Shown here one piece after another: positions 1 to 11,579 of a DNA stretch of 64,000 nt; positions within the stretch are counted from its first letter, which is position 1; each line of letters starts with the position of its first letter. The translations under genes were made by a program, and so were the position numbers. The notes below the pieces were generated by a model. That model saw only the letters and a list, made by a program, of their open reading frames with translations. It was not told the origin of the DNA and searched no databases. The stretch comes from Callorhinchus milii. Taxonomy: Eukaryota. The stretch lies in the NCBI RefSeq assembly GCF_018977255.1, contig NW_024704742.1, forward strand, positions 130,574,001 to 130,638,000. Reading direction: 5' to 3'.

Positions 1-2799
1 CACAAGCCTGGACAGTGTGCAGGAATAATTTAACTGTTAAGTATCATGCTGACTCTCGCTCAAAATCCATTCAGATTTGCTGGAGCGAATGGACAGAGAA
101 CATGGACTGCTGCTTTTCCTTCTCCTACTTCTCTCCTCTTCCCTTCTCGCTTCTTCTTCCTTCCCCCCCCCCCCACCTTCTAACCACTCCTTTCCTGCCA
201 ACTCTATCTGCCTCTTTCCTCCTCTCCTTTCCGCCCCGCTTCATGTCTACCCCCTCCTCCACCAAATAAATTCATATTTTTATAGAACCTTTACATTAGG
301 AGGAAGTCCCAAAGCATTGGACAGTGCACCTCAGATGGGGGTGGGAGCTGAGAGGGTTGGGGGCCAGGAAGGATGACCAAAGGCACAATCAAATAGGAAG
401 GTCTTGAGGAGGACCTTGAAGAAGGAAAGGGACAAGTTGCAAATCCAGGATGGGGGCAGATAGGCTAAAGGCCCAACAATGCCATTAGGGCAGGTAAGAC
501 TAGAGATCAAAACTTCTCCAATGTAGAAGAAATTTTATAGCACATGATCATCAAGCTGATGCGGTTTACGTAAATTACTGTCAAGTGCAACAAGATAAAT
601 ATTATATAAACGTAGCATCACAAAACATACAGAAAACATACAAACACTACAGTTCACAGTATATCTTGTGAACGCTGATACATCCTCTTGATGTGAAACG
701 CACTATACCAAATGAAAGGATTATAAATAATAAATTTCTTCTTTGATTACACAGTGTGTACGTAATCTCTTTCAGTTGCTGTTTTACCAAATGGCTTATA
801 TTCTCAACAACATCTTGCACTTCTATATCACCCTTCATGTAGAACAACATATTGTGAGTGCTTCACAAGAACTGGGTCAGAACAACAACATACATTTATA
901 TAGCGTTCCTCACAGAGAGTAGGGTCTCAGGTGATGGTGTGGACCTTGAATTTAATCTATTGGGAGACAGTAGAGCCTAGTGCAATCTCAGTAGTATCCA
1001 TCTTACTTTTAATCATAGCAAACTTAACTTCTCACTTTACAAGCATGACCCAAGAGTTAATCAAAAGTTAAATTACTGTTTCAGTGAATTATTTACACAA
1101 CTATTTTACAAAATCGCACAATACTAATTGACAGCTCACAAGAGAATTATACATAGAGAAATTGTTCCCTTTTACTGATTAATATGATGATCTATGGCTC
1201 TGTAACTTATCTGTGCACGTCCATTCCGACCTCAAATCACATTCATGGAAGTAGAACAAGGAACTCAAATCTGAATTGCTTTCCCACAGGCACAGAATTT
1301 ATGGCAAAACTACCTTTGCCTTTGGTACCAACTGATGTCAATCAATTAAATAGCTCATATTTACTCATTGCAAAAGTATTCAGTCATTTCACTTTACAGT
1401 ATATTCTGTGAAGCGCTTTGAGTATATCTCGAAGCAGTGATAAGGCGCTATATCAAATGCAAGTATTATTATTACTACGGAAATATGCTTAGACTTGCGA
1501 CCAGTTCATTGCAATCGCTATAAATTGTATGCAAATTCTGTAGCACGAGTGCATAACAAGTGCAACATTGAGAATAAATTACCCTTGAATACATTCCCAA
1601 GCTATCATCAGTTATATATCTTCACTTTTCTCCTCTCCCTCATTTGCTTTTCTGTTCAAATTTTGGCATTGTAATTTTCACCTTCCAATACCATTTTCAG
1701 TATATCTACTCTAGTTGCCAAGTTTTTGCCCGTGCATGATATGAAGGAAGATCTTACAAAACCAACACCAGTTAATGACTACTAGAATCACTTTGCAGGT
1801 ATTAAACTCTTATTATTAAACTCTTTTGATGCATGTATGATGTATTCAGTTCTTCTTGAAAAATGAGACATCATGTAGCCTTTAGCTTTTATCAATGTAA
1901 AAAGTATATCTTGATGCTAAAGATCCTCAGTCACAATCAGATCACTAAACTTGAAAATATATACTTTTTGGAGTATTGTAATGATATTACCATTTGGTCA
2001 AAAAAAATAGAAATACTTTTGCATATAGGCAGCAGAACAGCTTGTTGAAGCATAGGCACATAGTGCACTGAACAGATAAAACAAATTCAACTCTTCCACT
2101 CTACTGGATTTCAGGCTCAGCTATATTGCTGTGGAAAGGTACTGAGAATATGCCCCAAAGCCAAAAAGTTATGCCAGGTCAATGCTGTGCCCCTCCTGGG
2201 TGAAACGTAGAGTGACACTGAAAGAAACTGGGAGCAGTTTGCCTAACTAGTTGCAAGATGTGCATAGTTCAGTAAGACTTGCAATAAGAAAGAAAGAAAA
2301 GCAATTTCATCTTCTTATAAAAGTGCTGTCTGGGTAAATTATTTTTGAATTACCACAAAGCTCAATACTGAACTTTGAAAGTCTCATGGATTTCTTTAAA
2401 TAGAATTCATTAAATTCATCAAATATTTGTCCATTTCCCTTTCAAATGCTATTTATGTACTCACTTCCAACAGAAATTTGCGGCAAAGCAGTTCACATTG
2501 TAATATTCTTCAGTGTAACCTGAATTCAGTTAAACCAACAGTCAATTGTGAATAATAACGACAACAGCAAAACAAAATTACATTTGTACAGCGCCTTTCG
2601 GGTCGGGAGGACGTCCCACGGCGCTGGACAAAACAAACAGCATTCTAGTCGACAGCTTTTCTTTTAAAAGAATTTCAATCTACTAATGCAATAACGTAAT
2701 AAATCATCAACACGCTTAAAAACATACAGATGAGTCGTCGGGAAAGGTAATTTACTCTGGAATGGGAAAAGGTCATCCTAAAATATGAACCACTGGGGC

Positions 2800-3059
2800 T
2801 GTAACCTGCGCCGGTGCCCCCCAATGGCAATCGTCCAATCTTTGGTACGGGGCAGCGAGCAGATGAAATCAGACCGGAACAGCGACGGCACACGTCAAAA
2901 CGACCCCAAACGCTTCATAAATGAACACAAGTGAATCGATAACACAGTGGGGGGGGAGCGGCGGATTTCGACGGCGCAAACAACACCCTTCCAAGTTTCC
3001 ATGTGCCCGGAGGCAGACGGTGCTGGAAGCGTCAAACCGGGGACGGGCCTCACGTTACT

Positions 3060-3091
<32 letters not shown>

Positions 3092-4000
3092 GACGATGGC
3101 GTTGAAAAAATGAGGAAGAAAAAGCAGGAGGTCGAGGGGGGGGAGGGGGGGGGGGGGTAGGTGATGGCAATAGTACTGCACGGACGGGTTTGAATGCTCA
3201 ACTGCTCCACTTTACCGCTGACCTATCTCTCGTCTCGGTCTCTCCCTCCTCAGTAAACTGTGTCCCTTCAACCGACGAGGTTTCCCCTCACCCCGCACAG
3301 GGCCTGCCCGCGCCCACCGCTCTCGCTTACCTCTAGTCTCTTTTTTTTTTAAAACTTTAAGCTCCTCGCAAATCGCTCGCGGCAGCGTCCGCGACAAGGT
3401 CTCAGCCCCGAACCCAAACTTTTCCTTCACCGGATAAATTTGACAGCATTTCCTGCTTCATTGCGGGACGCCATTTTAGTCACCGTCCGCCTCGACGTCA
3501 TCGCGCGCATCACGTGCGCAGGCCTGGCCCAATGGCCGGCCGCGCTGGCTGACGTAACGCTCGGCCCCCGCGCGCCGGCGCCGGTTGCTGGAAGCTTCCA
3601 CCTCCCGGACCGCGGGGGGTGGGCGGAAGCCACGTGACTGCGGCGCACGCGTACACGCACGTTGTGCCGACTGGGGAGCGGCGCCGCCATCTTTGTTGCG
3701 GGTGTCAGGGCTGGAACCGAACCCGACCGGTGTCGTCGCTTCACAGAGCACAACAACAACAACAGCAGCAGCAACAGCAACATTACGTGTGTAACAGCGC
3801 CTCTCACGTCGGGAGGACGTCCCAAGGCGATGGGCAGTCAGGGATTTGGAGCCCGAGCTGAGGATCAGGGAGGGCGGAGGGCAGGGAGGGCGGCCGAAGG
3901 CAGAGCGGGTCACGGCGCGGGTGTGGGGTAGGAAGGACGGTTGAGGGTCAAACCCATGTCAAGGTGCTGGGCTGCCTCGGTGAGGCGGAGCGCGCGTCCC
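2800..4000 (-). promoter_or_regulatory. CpG-island promoter of a leftward-transcribed gene divergent from DCAF12 (UBAP1 by recalled synteny, not shown by sequence)
   Basis: CpG-dense. YY1-type motifs on the minus strand (AAAATGGCG ~3469-3477, AAGATGGCGGC ~3684-3694), E-boxes at 3511 and 3631, CCAAT at 3529, CRE-like sites. Confidence 0.75.
3331..3490 (-). other. Putative non-coding first exon of the leftward gene (5' end approximate)
   Basis: Minus-strand donor GAG|GTAAGC with the intron starting at 3330, downstream of a YY1 motif in the CpG island. It contains only a short ORF (MASRNEAGNAVKFIR*, 3474-3427). Confidence 0.55.
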
Positions 4001-4117
4001 TGAATGTGGATACCCTCAGTGCTTGAGGGGTGAGGGCGCCAACTGGAGCCATTTTGATATCTCTCGTCAAGTCAAGTCAGTCAGAGGCCGTGAGAGGACT
4101 GCACCGTTGTTCCAGAC

Positions 4118-4472
4118 GCGGTAGTGTAGTCGTGTAGTAGTTGTAGCACTCACAAGCGAGAGGGCCTGAGTTCGATTCCCAGGCAGGGCAAAATGTCGGG
4201 CAAGTTTCCTTACTCCACACTCCCTGCTTACCAAGCAGTAAGTAGGTATCTGGGTTGTTAGTCGATTGGTGGATCGCTTTTCCGGGGATAATAATCCCTT
4301 CCAAAATTTAAAATTTCCATGACTCTTTGTGGGACACTGCTGCGTGCAATTGGCTGTCACGTTTCACCCACAAGATATACAGTCGATTCACTTCACAGTA
4401 TATTCTGCAAAGCGCTTTGAGGCGTATGGAAGGCGTAAGGCCCTGTATCAAATGCAACAATAGTATTATTAT
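4118..4472 (+). mobile_element. Composite tRNA-derived SINE, long subfamily
   Basis: B-box GTTCGATTCC, GGGCAAGTTTCCTTACTCCACAC, Deu-like CTTTGTGGGACACTGCTGCGTGCAATTGGCTG, L2-type tail ending in (TAT)n. Confidence 0.85.
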
Positions 4473-4692
4473 AATGACAGTATATATGAACAGATATTAT
4501 TACGGCAGCAATTGAGGAATGACGTGTGCTTAGTGCAGTTAAGCGGTCACATCAGTGAAGTTATCCAACTCTGTATTTATGTACAGTGATATTATCTGGC
4601 AATAATAATTGTAGAGAATCCTATCATTTCCTACTTTATATTTCTTTACATTGCTTTATATTTCTTGTAGCTCATAAAGCAATAAATCAAGT

Positions 4693-5112
4693 GTATCAGA
4701 CTGGCTCAATGCCTCATATTCGCCTCTGAGTCAGAAGGTTGTGGATTCAAGCCCCACATCAGGATTCAAACTCGCATTGTCTTAGCTGACACTCCAGTGC
4801 ACTGCGAGGGGTGTGTTGCATTGTCGGAGGTGCCGTCCTTCAGATGAGATGATAAACCAAGGTTCCGTCTGCCTATTCCGGTGTACATTAAAGATCCCAT
4901 GGAACTATTTGAAAAGAGAATGGAGTTTCTCCCAGTGTCATGGCCAACAATTCCTCAAATAAAATTGGTCATTCAATTCATGTCTGTTTGTGGGGCATTG
5001 CTGTGCGTAATTGGGCTGCCGCATTTGCCAACAAATACACAGTCGCTCCATTTCACAGTAAATCCTGTAAAGCAGTTTGGGACATCCTGCTGCCATCAAA
5101 GGTGCTATCAAC
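4693..5112 (+). mobile_element. Older Deu-domain SINE (SacSINE1/AmnSINE1-like)
   Basis: Degenerate tRNA head (GCCTCTGAGTCAGAAGGTTGTGGATTCAAGCCCCAC), Deu core (GATGAGATGATAAACCAAGG...AAAGATCCCATGG), L2-like tail. Related copies at 8405, 32700 (-) and 38845. Confidence 0.8.
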
Positions 5113-5740
5113 AAGAACAACAACAACAAACAAAAAACAAATTGCATTTATATAGAGCCTGTCACATCAGGAGGATTTTCCAAGGCGCTGGGCAGTCAAG
5201 GGTTTCCATCCGAGCTGGGGGTTGGAATCAAGACTAGTAGAGGGCAAGGGGTGGGGGTGGGAGGATAACCGAAGGCACAGTCAAAGAGGAAGGTTTTGAG
5301 ATGGAAGGGATAAATCGAAGGAACTCACTATGTGAGTCACCCATCCTGCCGAGCAGGATGGGTGACATGGAGCAGGCCAGTGCCTGCCAAGTGGAGGGAG
5401 GAGGCAGGTTGGTGAGATTTTAGCAGGTCGCAGAGTTAGGGAGGGGAAAGACCATGGAAGGCTTTCAAAGTGAGGACGAGAATGTTGAACCCAGTTCTCT
5501 GGGGGATGGGGAGCCAGGGGAGGCAGGCAAGAACAGGGCTGATAGGCTCACAGAGTTTGGGGTTGAAGAGGGCATGAGATACAGAGTTCTGAATAATCTG
5601 CAGCTCATGGAGGGAAGAGTTGGAAAATTCAGCGAGCAGGAAGATAGCATAATCAAGCCTGGATGTCGTGAATGTATGGATGAGGGTCTCAGTGGCTTGA
5701 GTGGATTGGCAGAGGCGAACAGAGTGGTGCAGGTGAAGAG
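5113..5740 (-). mobile_element. L2 LINE 3' fragment, degenerate
   Basis: (CAA)n tail, L2 3' stem-loop and ORF2 C-terminal remnants. Confidence 0.8.
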
Positions 5741-6069
5741 AGGACTACAACAAATGCAAGGATTCTTATTATTAAGACTGAACCTGACACAGTAATTTGT
5801 TTAATATTAAGTGATAATCTCCACCCTCTTTAATTTTCTTTTTGCTGAATGTTGGATTTCTCATTTCAATTTACCTTTTTGTCAAATTTAAATTTTTTTG
5901 CCTTTGCAAAATACAGTCCAAAGGAAAAATTAAGGTAAGAAATTGTTTCCTGTGTAAATATCAGCATCAATTTTAAAAGATTTTCACCAAAACCTTCTGC
6001 CCAGTTATTCAGCTTCTATAATATATTTTGCATCCAATTTTGTTTTTATTTCAATATCATCAAGGACTG

Positions 6070-6242
6070 GACCGTGCCTTCAGCTCCCCTCTCGACTCTC
6101 TACCCCCTCCTCGCTCCCTTCCTTCCCTCCCCTCCCCTCCCCTGACCATTTCCCCCCTGCTCAGGTCCCGACCCAACTGTCCAGCGCCTTGGGACATCCT
6201 CCCGACGTGAAAGACGCTCTATAAATGCAATCTTGTTGTTGT
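6070..6242 (+). mobile_element. Young L2 LINE, short 3'-terminal copy
   Basis: Near-identical to the 3' end of 43533-44785 and to copies at 18940 and 57344. Ends in (TTG)n. Confidence 0.9.
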
Positions 6243-6566
6243 AGAGCTTTTCTCTCTGGAGATTAGACAATTGAAAAGGGACCTGTTATATTATAAAAGG
6301 ATTTGTTAGGGTGGCTATGAACGATGCGAATTGTTCATGAATGTGTTCATGAGTCCAAAACAATATAAAACAGCTGGTAGCAGATCTGAAAAGGAGTTTA
6401 GAAGGAACTTCGTTATACAGAAGATGGTAAGAACTTGGAACTCACTGTCAGAAACTAATTGAAGCAAAAAATATCAATGTATTTAAGAGAAAACATGATG
6501 CATGTATGGGAGAAGGGAAGAGAGGTTTTTTTTTGGTGGGCTGTTTCCTGTTTTTGATTCTATATA

Positions 6567-6661
6567 CAGGGTGACCAAAAGATTGTGATAACTATCCAAA
6601 TCATAATTTATTTAAGACTTGTTAGACATTGTAATGGTATCACAACTTTTTGGTTACCCTG
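6567..6661. mobile_element. 95-bp Tc1/mariner-type MITE
   Basis: 24-bp terminal inverted repeats (CAGGGTGACCAAAAGATTGTGATA vs reverse complement CAGGGTAACCAAAAAGTTGTGATA), with TA on both flanks. Confidence 0.75.
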
Positions 6662-8404
6662 TAATTCTCTGTAATCATAATTGTAATTTTTTGGACTTTT
6701 GGTGATATGCTAGAGAGAACATGAATGAAAACACTGCAGAGGACCAGGTGCAATCCTTGTATGCACCTGAAAGAGATGCATAGATCAAAACTATAGGAGA
6801 TTGATAATAACAACGACAACAAGATTACATTGTATAGCGCCTTTCACATCGGGAGGATGTCACAAGGCGCTGGATAGTGTACTGGATTTCAGACCTGAGC
6901 TGGGGTCAAGGAGGGAGGAGGGAGGGGAGGGAAAAGGGGGTAACCAATGGTATGGTCAAAGAGAGGGTTTTGAGGTGGGACTTGAAGGAGGCTAAGAAGG
7001 GGGCGAGGCAGAGTGACTGAGGATGGAATTCCAGAGGTTGGGAGCAGAGTGGCTGAAGGCTCTCCTGCCAATGGATAAGACTTAAACCCAAAGGTGCTGT
7101 CATCATCATTACCGGGTTGCTTGTTTTAGTAGTAAAAGATGGCTGATACAGATTGCATAGCTCTGTTTGAAGGAGCATGGAGTTCACCCATTGTCTGAGC
7201 CAATATTCCTGCCCCATCCAAGTTCATTAGAAACACATTCAATTGCCATTGATCTCATTACTCTTTGTGACATTCTTCTGAAGGCAGATTAGCTGCCATA
7301 TTTGCCTTCCCAGCAGGTTACTGAAGTTCACAAAATAACTCATAGGATGAAGCACTTTGAAATAGACTGCTATGTCAAATGAAAATATATATATTTGTAT
7401 TTGTCTTGTAGCTATGACATGCAATTTCCATGTAGTACCACTTTGTTTTTAAATAAACAACCTATAAGACGTGAAATGATGTGATCTTCAGTACAGTATT
7501 TGCAAATTCTGTGTAATAAGCTTAATCTACTTTTTGGCACGTCCCAGCCACTCACACAGAATTGGGTCAAAAGCAAAAGGGCGAAAACTGTTGTATAAGA
7601 CCTAATCAGAGAGACTATGTAATTGTTCTTCCCTCCACATGACCAGAACTGGAACATATGTGCTGCAGAGGAATCTTGCGTTAAAAACAAACATCACATA
7701 AACACATGATGTAACCATCAAACAGCTGAAAAACTATTAAAACAGAATATCTAATTTGATCCGTTACAAAGTCACAGAATTAAATGTACCATCACATCTC
7801 CCAATGTTTTTATTGCATAAACATTATGGATCCAAGATCCTTCAATCCAAATTCCCAAACCAAGTAAAAATGTTCCCCAATTATTTAATCCTGAATTCTA
7901 ATTTAATCAATCATCTATTAAACTTAAAATAAGTATTTCACTCACAAAATACAGTCAATCCACTTTACAGTATATTGTGAAGTGCTTTGAGGTGTCTCAA
8001 GGTGATAAGGTGCTATATGAAATGCAAGGGTGTGGAAACCCATCACCATGATTAAGGGTATCCAAAACAAACTGAGAATTCCATGTATCCTACCTCTCTC
8101 TGGAGGATGCCTTGCCCACTCTCTCCCTTTTCAAGTCCCGCCTGAAATCTTTCCTTTTCAACAGTGCCTATAGCCACCTCCACCCAGAGGGCTGAGATGT
8201 CATTTGAATTTAAAGTGAATAAATTTGCAGGTTGGATTAAACATGTATAAGTGGATAATAAGACTTCATCTAGTATGGACTGAATTCTAAACAATACTTT
8301 CAGATACTCCAGAAGGACAAAAGCTGCAGAGTTTAACATCAAGAGTTCAGGGTTCCAACAGGTGATATTTCAGCAGACAACAGGAAATATTTCTTTACAC
8401 AAAG

Positions 8405-8790
8405 GTGTTAGCTTGGCTGAGTTGGCAGCACTCTCATCTCTTGGTTAAGATATTGTTTCAAGCCCCATACGGAATCTGAGCTCACAGTCCAGCCAGGCAG
8501 AAGGTATCGTTGAAGGTGCTGTCCTTTAGGTGAGATGTTAAACCAAGGTCCTGTGTGTCTGTTCTTCCAGTGGATGTTAAGATCCCAAGACATCATTCAA
8601 AACAAAATCTTTTCTCAGTGTCTTTACCAACAATCCTCCAGATAATCATTTTATAATTACTTTATTTTCAGAGGTCTTTCCAATGTCCTGGCACACAATG
8701 CTCCAAATAAAATTGGTTATTTACTTTATGACAGTTTGTGGGACATTGCTTTGTGGAAATTGTTTCCTGCGTTTGCCTACAAAATAGGCG
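8405..8790 (+). mobile_element. Older Deu-domain SINE (SacSINE1-like)
   Basis: GAGATGTTAAACCAAGGTCCTGTG...GGATGTTAAGATCCCA core, similar to 4693-5112. Confidence 0.7.
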
Positions 8791-8819
8791 CTACACTTTA
8801 TAGATTATCCTTTATAAAT

Positions 8820-9400
8820 TTTTCCAACGCCCTGCTTGTTGGCCTTCACAACTCTTCACTCCACAAGCTGAGATCATCCAGAACTCTGCAGCTTGTGTCC
8901 TCTCCCAGGCTCTGTGACCCCATCACACCCACTCTCACCCGGCTCCACTGGCTCCCCATCCCTCAGAAGTTCAAGTTCAAAATTCTCGTCCACACTTTCA
9001 AGGCCCTCCATGGCCTTGTCCCCTCCTATCTCTCCGACTTGTCCCCTCCTGTCTCTCTGACTCCCCTTATCAATCTGTCCACTCAAACAGGCACCAGCCT
9101 GCTCCCTGACCCTGCCTGACGTAACCCACCATTGGTGGTCAGGCCTTCAGCCTCTCTGCCCCCAACCTCTGGAACTCTATCCCACATTCCCTTACCCTCG
9201 CTCCCTTCCTTGTCTCCTTCCAGGTCTACTTCAAGACCCTCCTCTTTGACCATGCCTTCAGCCACCCTCTCTACCCTTCACCCTCCCTGATCCCAACCCC
9301 CTTCCCCGCTCGGGTCCTAATTGCTGACTGTTCAGCACTTTGGGACGTCCTCCTGACTTGAAAGGTGCTTTACAAATGTAATTTTGTATTGTATTGTATC
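8820..9400 (+). mobile_element. L2 LINE 3' fragment
   Basis: Translates as NALLVGL...PITPTLTRLHWLPIPQKFKFKILV, followed by the L2 tail. Confidence 0.9.
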
Positions 9401-11019
9401 CTGTGAAGCGCTTTGAGACATCCTCCTAATGCGAAAGGCACTAAAACAACAACAACAACTTTTATTTATGTAGTGCTGTTCATTTAGGATAGCATCTTGG
9501 AACACTGAACAATGGTGGCGTTTGATATCAAGCTGGAGAGAAAGGTTAGATGATTGCAGGCAGAGTCAAAGAGGAAATTCTTCAGGTGCGATTTGCAGAT
9601 GGGTAAAGAGGGGACAGGGTGGAGGGATGAGGCAGGGAGTTCTGAAGGAGCATTGTGGCTGAAGGCAAGGCTGTCAATGTTGGAGCGGAAGGGTCAAGCA
9701 TCGCGCAGAAGGCGCGAGCCTGCCGAGTGAAGGGGGAAGATAAAAGAGTGGTCATTAAATGTAAGGATTATTATTATTGTTATGGTTGTTTGTGAGTAAA
9801 ATGTTTGCCTACAAATACGCAGTTAATACATTTGCTAGCAATTACCTGTAAAGTGAATTAACACTTAAAGTTACGGGCATTTCATTTGTATCTCTCTTAT
9901 GATGTAAGAAGGCAGGATTTTTGTGAAGTTTGGGGGATCAGTGAGTATTAATGCAGCATATTCTCTCAGGAGCTGAAATGGTTTGGTTGGGTAAATTCTA
10001 CAATGTAGTGGATTGTATACCAATCCAAAGGCAGAGCACATAAAGGCTAATATTGATTTGTTTGCTCTTTTCATTGTTTAATTTCCACAGCTTCTCATTG
10101 TGCATTTCCAAATTTCTTGCTGACATTACCGGTCTCACCAGTGATTAAGCAATTCTGTGCTATTGTAACAAATTCACCAAAGTATCTTATGATTTGAGAA
10201 GTAAAATCTCTAAACCGGTTTTCTGTTGCCAGGATGGACTGAATTAAATCAATTCAGTTCTTAATACCATTTAAATTACCGTATCACTTGGCCATTTGTC
10301 AATTAACCTGGTCAGGCCAATGAAATGTCCCTTTAATTCTCCATGAATTTAGCAATGCTGTTTAATCTGACTCTACATTTAGATTTTATAGCCAGGAAAG
10401 TGCAACTAATTTGGGGAGATGCTGATTTGGGTCACTGGTGTCCACATTGCAGACATCTCTCCTTTTTTCTCTGGTTTTATTGGCAATCTTCTGTGCTCCC
10501 GAACTTCTAGCTAATAATATTTACGTGTACCCTATGTTGTACCTTCTATTACAAATCATCATACTCTTTCATATTGTTGAAAGAACTATTCTATTACTAC
10601 ATATTGCAAACTAAACATCACAGAATGATGGCAATATCTGTTGACAGCTTTTAAACTCCAAAACTTTGCCTTGCGTACATGAATAAAACTGAACTACAAA
10701 CTCCAACCTTAAAACAATAAAACAAGAACCCGTATTAGTTTACAAGTAACTGCAATTTAAGTAGTGCCTCAAGCTACCCAAACCAATCATTAAAAACGGT
10801 TAATTTACATATATCCCTTTTTCAAGAAATAGGTTTTAGAAATTATAACCATCTGACCTATTTTCTGTGGGAAGTGCATAGTTGCTTAATTTTTGTGTCA
10901 AAGGAAGTTACATATAGCAGACTCACTGCAAGGTAATTAAACATGCAGTGAAGGCAAAGAGATTGTGGAATCAGAGAAGAAGGCCAAGATCTTATAACTA
11001 GCAATAAGTATATAAACAG

Positions 11020-11222
11020 TAATAAATTGGTCATTTTCAATCTACGACTGTTTGTGGGACATTGCTGTGCGCAATTGGCTGCCGCGTTCGCCCACAAATA
11101 TACAGTCGATTCACTTTACAGTGTGTTCTGTGAAGCGCTTTGGGACGTCCTCCCGACGTGAAAAGCGCTATATCAAATGCAAGGATTATTATTATTATTA
11201 TTATAATAATAATTATTATTAT
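11020..11222 (+). mobile_element. Young composite SINE, 5'-truncated
   Basis: Almost identical to the 3' half of the copies at 17158 and 37369. Confidence 0.9.
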
Positions 11223-11579
11223 AGCAATAAGATGTATATGCACTCCATAGAGGGCATAGCGCTTGTCAGAGAAGCTGAAAGAAATCTTTGTAATTTGCTA
11301 TTTAAAGAGTGTGGTGTTGCAATAAACAAAAAGAATAAGCCGCGGCCTTATAACCAGCAATAATGGTCAAGTATTCTGGTTGGGCTGCACCTTGAGAACT
11401 GTAGGTAATCATAATCACTGTGACGTACAGAGCCCCAGAGGCAATAGAGGAGTGCAATCAAACTGATGATTATAACAATATTTCTTGCTTTCGATACCAG
11501 GAGACGCTCTCTTTTTAAACTGACGGCTACTTGAACAGACAGACCCTCTGATCTGACATCTCATCTGATGAACGGCACT

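Noticed and set aside
1..3330. Coding exons of the leftward gene
   Set aside because: No recognisable UBAP1-like or other coding exon found, so no gene symbol was assigned.
3427..3931. Overlapping ORFs in the left CpG island, including a poly-Q or poly-L stretch
   Set aside because: GC-rich promoter sequence plus the (CAA/CAG)n tail of an antisense L2 fragment at ~3750-3990; no recognisable protein.
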